Shown here piece after piece: positions 24,365 to 26,926 of a stretch of 26,926 nt of DNA. A program made the position numbers and the translations under genes. How positions within the stretch are numbered: the first letter of the stretch is position 1; each line of letters starts with the position of its first letter. Under the pieces are notes generated by a model, which made no database searches, was not told the DNA's origin, and saw nothing but the letters and a program-made list of their open reading frames with translations. This DNA is from Vulcanimicrobiota bacterium (lineage in GTDB: Bacteria > Vulcanimicrobiota > Vulcanimicrobiia > Vulcanimicrobiales > Vulcanimicrobiaceae): NCBI GenBank assembly GCA_003135555.1, contig PLCF01000072.1:84483-111408 (forward strand), in the 5' to 3' direction.

Positions 24365-25336
24365 CTAGCAGCCGGTGGTCAGGACCGTGAACGGCGCGAT
24401 CGTGCTGTTGATGGCGCGGTCGCCTGCGTTCGTCAGGTCGGCGATGCTGTTGACGCCGATCGCACAGTAGCTTGCGAAGCCCCGCTGCATGTGGATCGCC
24501 GTAAGGTTGTGCGTGGTGACCGTCGACGGGGCGCCGTTCCCGAAGAAGAACCCGTCCTCCGGCCCGGGGAGGACCGTCGGCTGGCCGGAGCCGATCGCGG
24601 TGATGTTGCGGAGGTTAGCGGTCGAGCCATACTGGATCGCCGCGCCGCCGCCGACGTTCATCGAGTTGTCGACGCGTACGTCCTCGACGACCACGTTCGA
24701 GCCCTGAACGTTGATGCCCAAGAACGACATGTTTTTGATCAGCGTCTCGCCGACCAAACCGCGCGCATTATTGATGATAACGATGCCGTCGAACGCGTCG
24801 GTGATGATGGAGCGCTCGACCGAACCGGTCGTGCCGTAGGCGAACCAGATGCCGTCGCCCGTCGCGTCCGAACCGTGGCCGTCGACCACCGTGTCGCTGA
24901 TCTGAAAGTCCTCGGCTCCATCGGCGACGACCTGGATGTGGCCCGCGCCGTGGACACGCGCATGCCGCAGCCGTGCGTGCTTCGAGTTCGGTCCGAGATA
25001 GATCCCGTAGTCGCAGCCTCCGCCATCGATGTTGCGCACGCGGTCCTCGTGCTGACCTCCCTCTTCATCGTTTCCGTCGTTCGGAACGCCGACGAAACGT
25101 ATCGTCCGCGTCGGATTCAACTTCGTATTCGGATTTGCGGTGAGGATCGGCGTGCACGTGACGGGTGCCGAGCGGGTGCTCACGTCGAGCGCGCGCGCCG
25201 ACGCCATTGGAACCGAACCCTGGCCGACGACGGGCGGTGTGCCAGACGTCCCGCCTCCTCCGCCGCCGCCGCAGGCTGAGAGGATGGCACCCGTCGCGGC
25301 CAGCGCGAGCGTGCACAAAACGCGAGGTCTCTGCAT
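24365..25336 (-). CDS. Lipoprotein with right-handed parallel beta-helix repeats
   Basis: Lipobox ILSA-C followed by a Gly run. Repeating GI-x units (YGIYL, DGIWF, DGIVI, LGINV) fit a pectin-lyase-like helix. GAAAGG precedes ATG 25336. Confidence 0.75.
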   Translation of the reverse strand: MQRPRVLCTLALAATGAILSACGGGGGGGTSGTPPVVGQGSVPMASARALDVSTRSAPVTCTPILTANPNTKLNPTRTIRFVGVPNDGNDEEGGQHEDRVRNIDGGGCDYGIYLGPNSKHARLRHARVHGAGHIQVVADGAEDFQISDTVVDGHGSDATGDGIWFAYGTTGSVERSIITDAFDGIVIINNARGLVGETLIKNMSFLGINVQGSNVVVEDVRVDNSMNVGGGAAIQYGSTANLRNITAIGSGQPTVLPGPEDGFFFGNGAPSTVTTHNLTAIHMQRGFASYCAIGVNSIADLTNAGDRAINSTIAPFTVLTTGC

Positions 25337-25466
25337 GAGCGAGCCTTTCGTACGCGGCCGAGCACCGGCTCTCGGGCCGCACGGATTCGAGGCCGCGCCC
25401 CTGCTCGCCCTGGAGTGCTGCCCAAAAATCCCTAGCGACCCAGGTCGTCGGACCCTGGGCGGCCGA

Positions 25467-26324
25467 TCAGCGCTTGCCCGAGGCAGCCCGCGCGACGGCG
25501 CGTGCCGCGAAGACGTCGGCCATCGCCGCGCGATAGGCGCCCGAGGCGAATGTATCCGAACGCGCCGTCGCGCCGGCGGCTGCGCTCGCGCAAGCCGCCT
25601 TGACGGCATCCGCGTCGTTGGGGTCGACACCGGCCAGCGCACGCTCGACCCCGCCGGACCGAAACGCGGCATCGCCCACGCCGGTGATCGCGACGCGCGC
25701 CGAGCCGATCGTCGCGCCGTTCATCGTGAGCGCGACGGCGGCGCCGACGACCGCGTAGTGTGAGGCCGGGTGGTGGAACTTCACATACGCCGACTTCGGC
25801 GCCGCGTCGAAGGCGATCTGCGTGAGCAACTCCTGCTCGCCTAGCGCCGTCTCGAACATGCCGACGAAGAACGCGTCGGCCTGCAAACGGCGCACGCCCT
25901 TTTTTCCGGTAAGCGTGAAGGTCGCATCGAGCGCTTTGAGCACCGCGGGGTAGTCCGCCGACGGGTCGCCGTGCGCCGAGGCGCCGCCGATCGTCCCGCG
26001 GTTGCGCACTTGCGGATCGCCCAGATCGTTGGCGGCATCCCACAGCGCGGGCGCGTGCTTCTTGAGCGCGTCGCTGGCGGCCAGCGTCGCGTGCTTGGTC
26101 AGCGCGCCGATGGTGATGCGGTCGCCACTGACCTCGATCGCGTCGAGCTTCGGGATCGCGCCGATGTCGATGAGCACCGCCGGCGCGGCCAAACGCAGCT
26201 TCATCATCGGGATGAGGCTGTGACCGCCGGCGAGCAGTTTCGCGGCGCCGCCGTGCTCCTCGAGCAGACGCAAGGCATCCTCGACGCTGGTCGCTCGGAT
26301 GTAGTCGAACGCTGCAGGAATCAT
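25467..26324 (-). CDS. Molybdo-flavoprotein FAD-binding medium subunit (CoxM/CutM-like)
   Basis: MIPAAFDY, LAGGHSLIPMMKLRLA.P, IGAL..H, DPQVRNRGTIGG, DPSADYP. ATG 26324 overlaps the upstream stop (ATGA). Confidence 0.93.
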   Translation of the reverse strand: MIPAAFDYIRATSVEDALRLLEEHGGAAKLLAGGHSLIPMMKLRLAAPAVLIDIGAIPKLDAIEVSGDRITIGALTKHATLAASDALKKHAPALWDAANDLGDPQVRNRGTIGGASAHGDPSADYPAVLKALDATFTLTGKKGVRRLQADAFFVGMFETALGEQELLTQIAFDAAPKSAYVKFHHPASHYAVVGAAVALTMNGATIGSARVAITGVGDAAFRSGGVERALAGVDPNDADAVKAACASAAAGATARSDTFASGAYRAAMADVFAARAVARAASGKR

Positions 26325-26926
26325 CTCGCGCTCCCGTTCGTGGCGTGCATGGCGGCCCAGAGCTTCTCGGGCTTGAGCGGCATGTCGATGTGCTCGACGC
26401 CGAACGGCGCGAGCGCGTCGATCACGGCGTTCGCGACCGCGGGCGTCGAGCCGATCGTCCCGGCCTCGCCGACACCCTTGACGCCCAACGGGTTGACGGT
26501 CGTCGGCGTGACGGTGTGATCGAGCTCGTAGTGCGGCACCTGCTCGGCGTGCGGGATCGCGTAGTCCATGAGCGTCCCGGTGAGCAGCTGGCCGTTGTCG
26601 TCGTAGATGACCTCCTCGAAGAGCGCCTGGGCCAAGCCTTGCGCGATCCCGCCGTGCACCTGCCCTTCGACGATCATCGGGTTGAGCAGCCGCCCGCAGT
26701 CGTCCACGGCGAGGTACTTGACGATCTGCACTTGGCCGGTCTGGGCGTCGACCTCGACGACGCAAACGTGGGTGCCGAAGGGAAAAACGAAGTTCGGCGG
26801 TTCGAAACGCCGCGTCGCGTCGAGCCCCGGCTCCAGTCCGGGCGGCAGATTGTCGCCCATGAAGGCCAAGAAGCCGGCCTCCGGCGTGGTCATCGACTTG
26901 GACGGATCGCCTTTGACGCCGATCTT
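26321..26926 (-). CDS. Molybdopterin-binding large subunit (CoxL/xanthine dehydrogenase family), C-terminal part only
   Basis: VEVD..TG, DDCG..LNP.IVEGQVHGGIAQG, DY.IP, NPLGVKGVGEAG, AVANAVIDAL. The frame is open to the window edge. Confidence 0.93.
   Translation of the reverse strand, partial: KIGVKGDPSKSMTTPEAGFLAFMGDNLPPGLEPGLDATRRFEPPNFVFPFGTHVCVVEVDAQTGQVQIVKYLAVDDCGRLLNPMIVEGQVHGGIAQGLAQALFEEVIYDDNGQLLTGTLMDYAIPHAEQVPHYELDHTVTPTTVNPLGVKGVGEAGTIGSTPAVANAVIDALAPFGVEHIDMPLKPEKLWAAMHATNGSAR

Noticed and set aside
1..26926. CRISPR array, tRNA or rRNA
   Set aside because: Intergenic gaps are short and show no spaced direct repeats, cloverleaf/T-loop signature or rRNA-like sequence.

Overview
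High-GC (roughly 68-70% by spot counts) bacterial chromosomal window, mostly minus-strand genes. From left to right: a truncated oligopeptide-type ABC ATPase, secG, dxs, a PAP2-like membrane protein, a GerMN-amidase-murI cell-wall operon, a stand-alone infA, a small membrane ORF, a CxxC-x17-CxxC zinc-ribbon gene with a long structured leader, a six-haem cytochrome with an N-terminal P460-like domain, a fatty-acid hydroxylase/AKR pair, two secreted hypotheticals, an APH-family kinase coupled to Lhr helicase, a lower-GC 3.9 kb insert (SF2 helicase fused to a PD-(D/E)XK-like nuclease, plus a membrane-anchored orphan), malonyl-CoA decarboxylase, a beta-helix lipoprotein, and coxM/coxL-like molybdo-flavoprotein subunits. 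The best leads are: (1) the foreign helicase-nuclease insert, a candidate anti-phage system; (2) an infA that appears to start at AUU behind a strong Shine-Dalgarno; (3) a leader helix that sequesters the zinc-ribbon start codon; (4) a GGAAC-N17-SGTW-N12-ATG motif at identical spacing before three unrelated ORFs; (5) the P460-multihaem fusion. No tRNA, rRNA, CRISPR array, integrase or transposase was seen. All family assignments come from motif recognition by eye, not database searches. Gene content is compatible with a soil Terrabacteria lineage such as Eremiobacterota, which is inference only.
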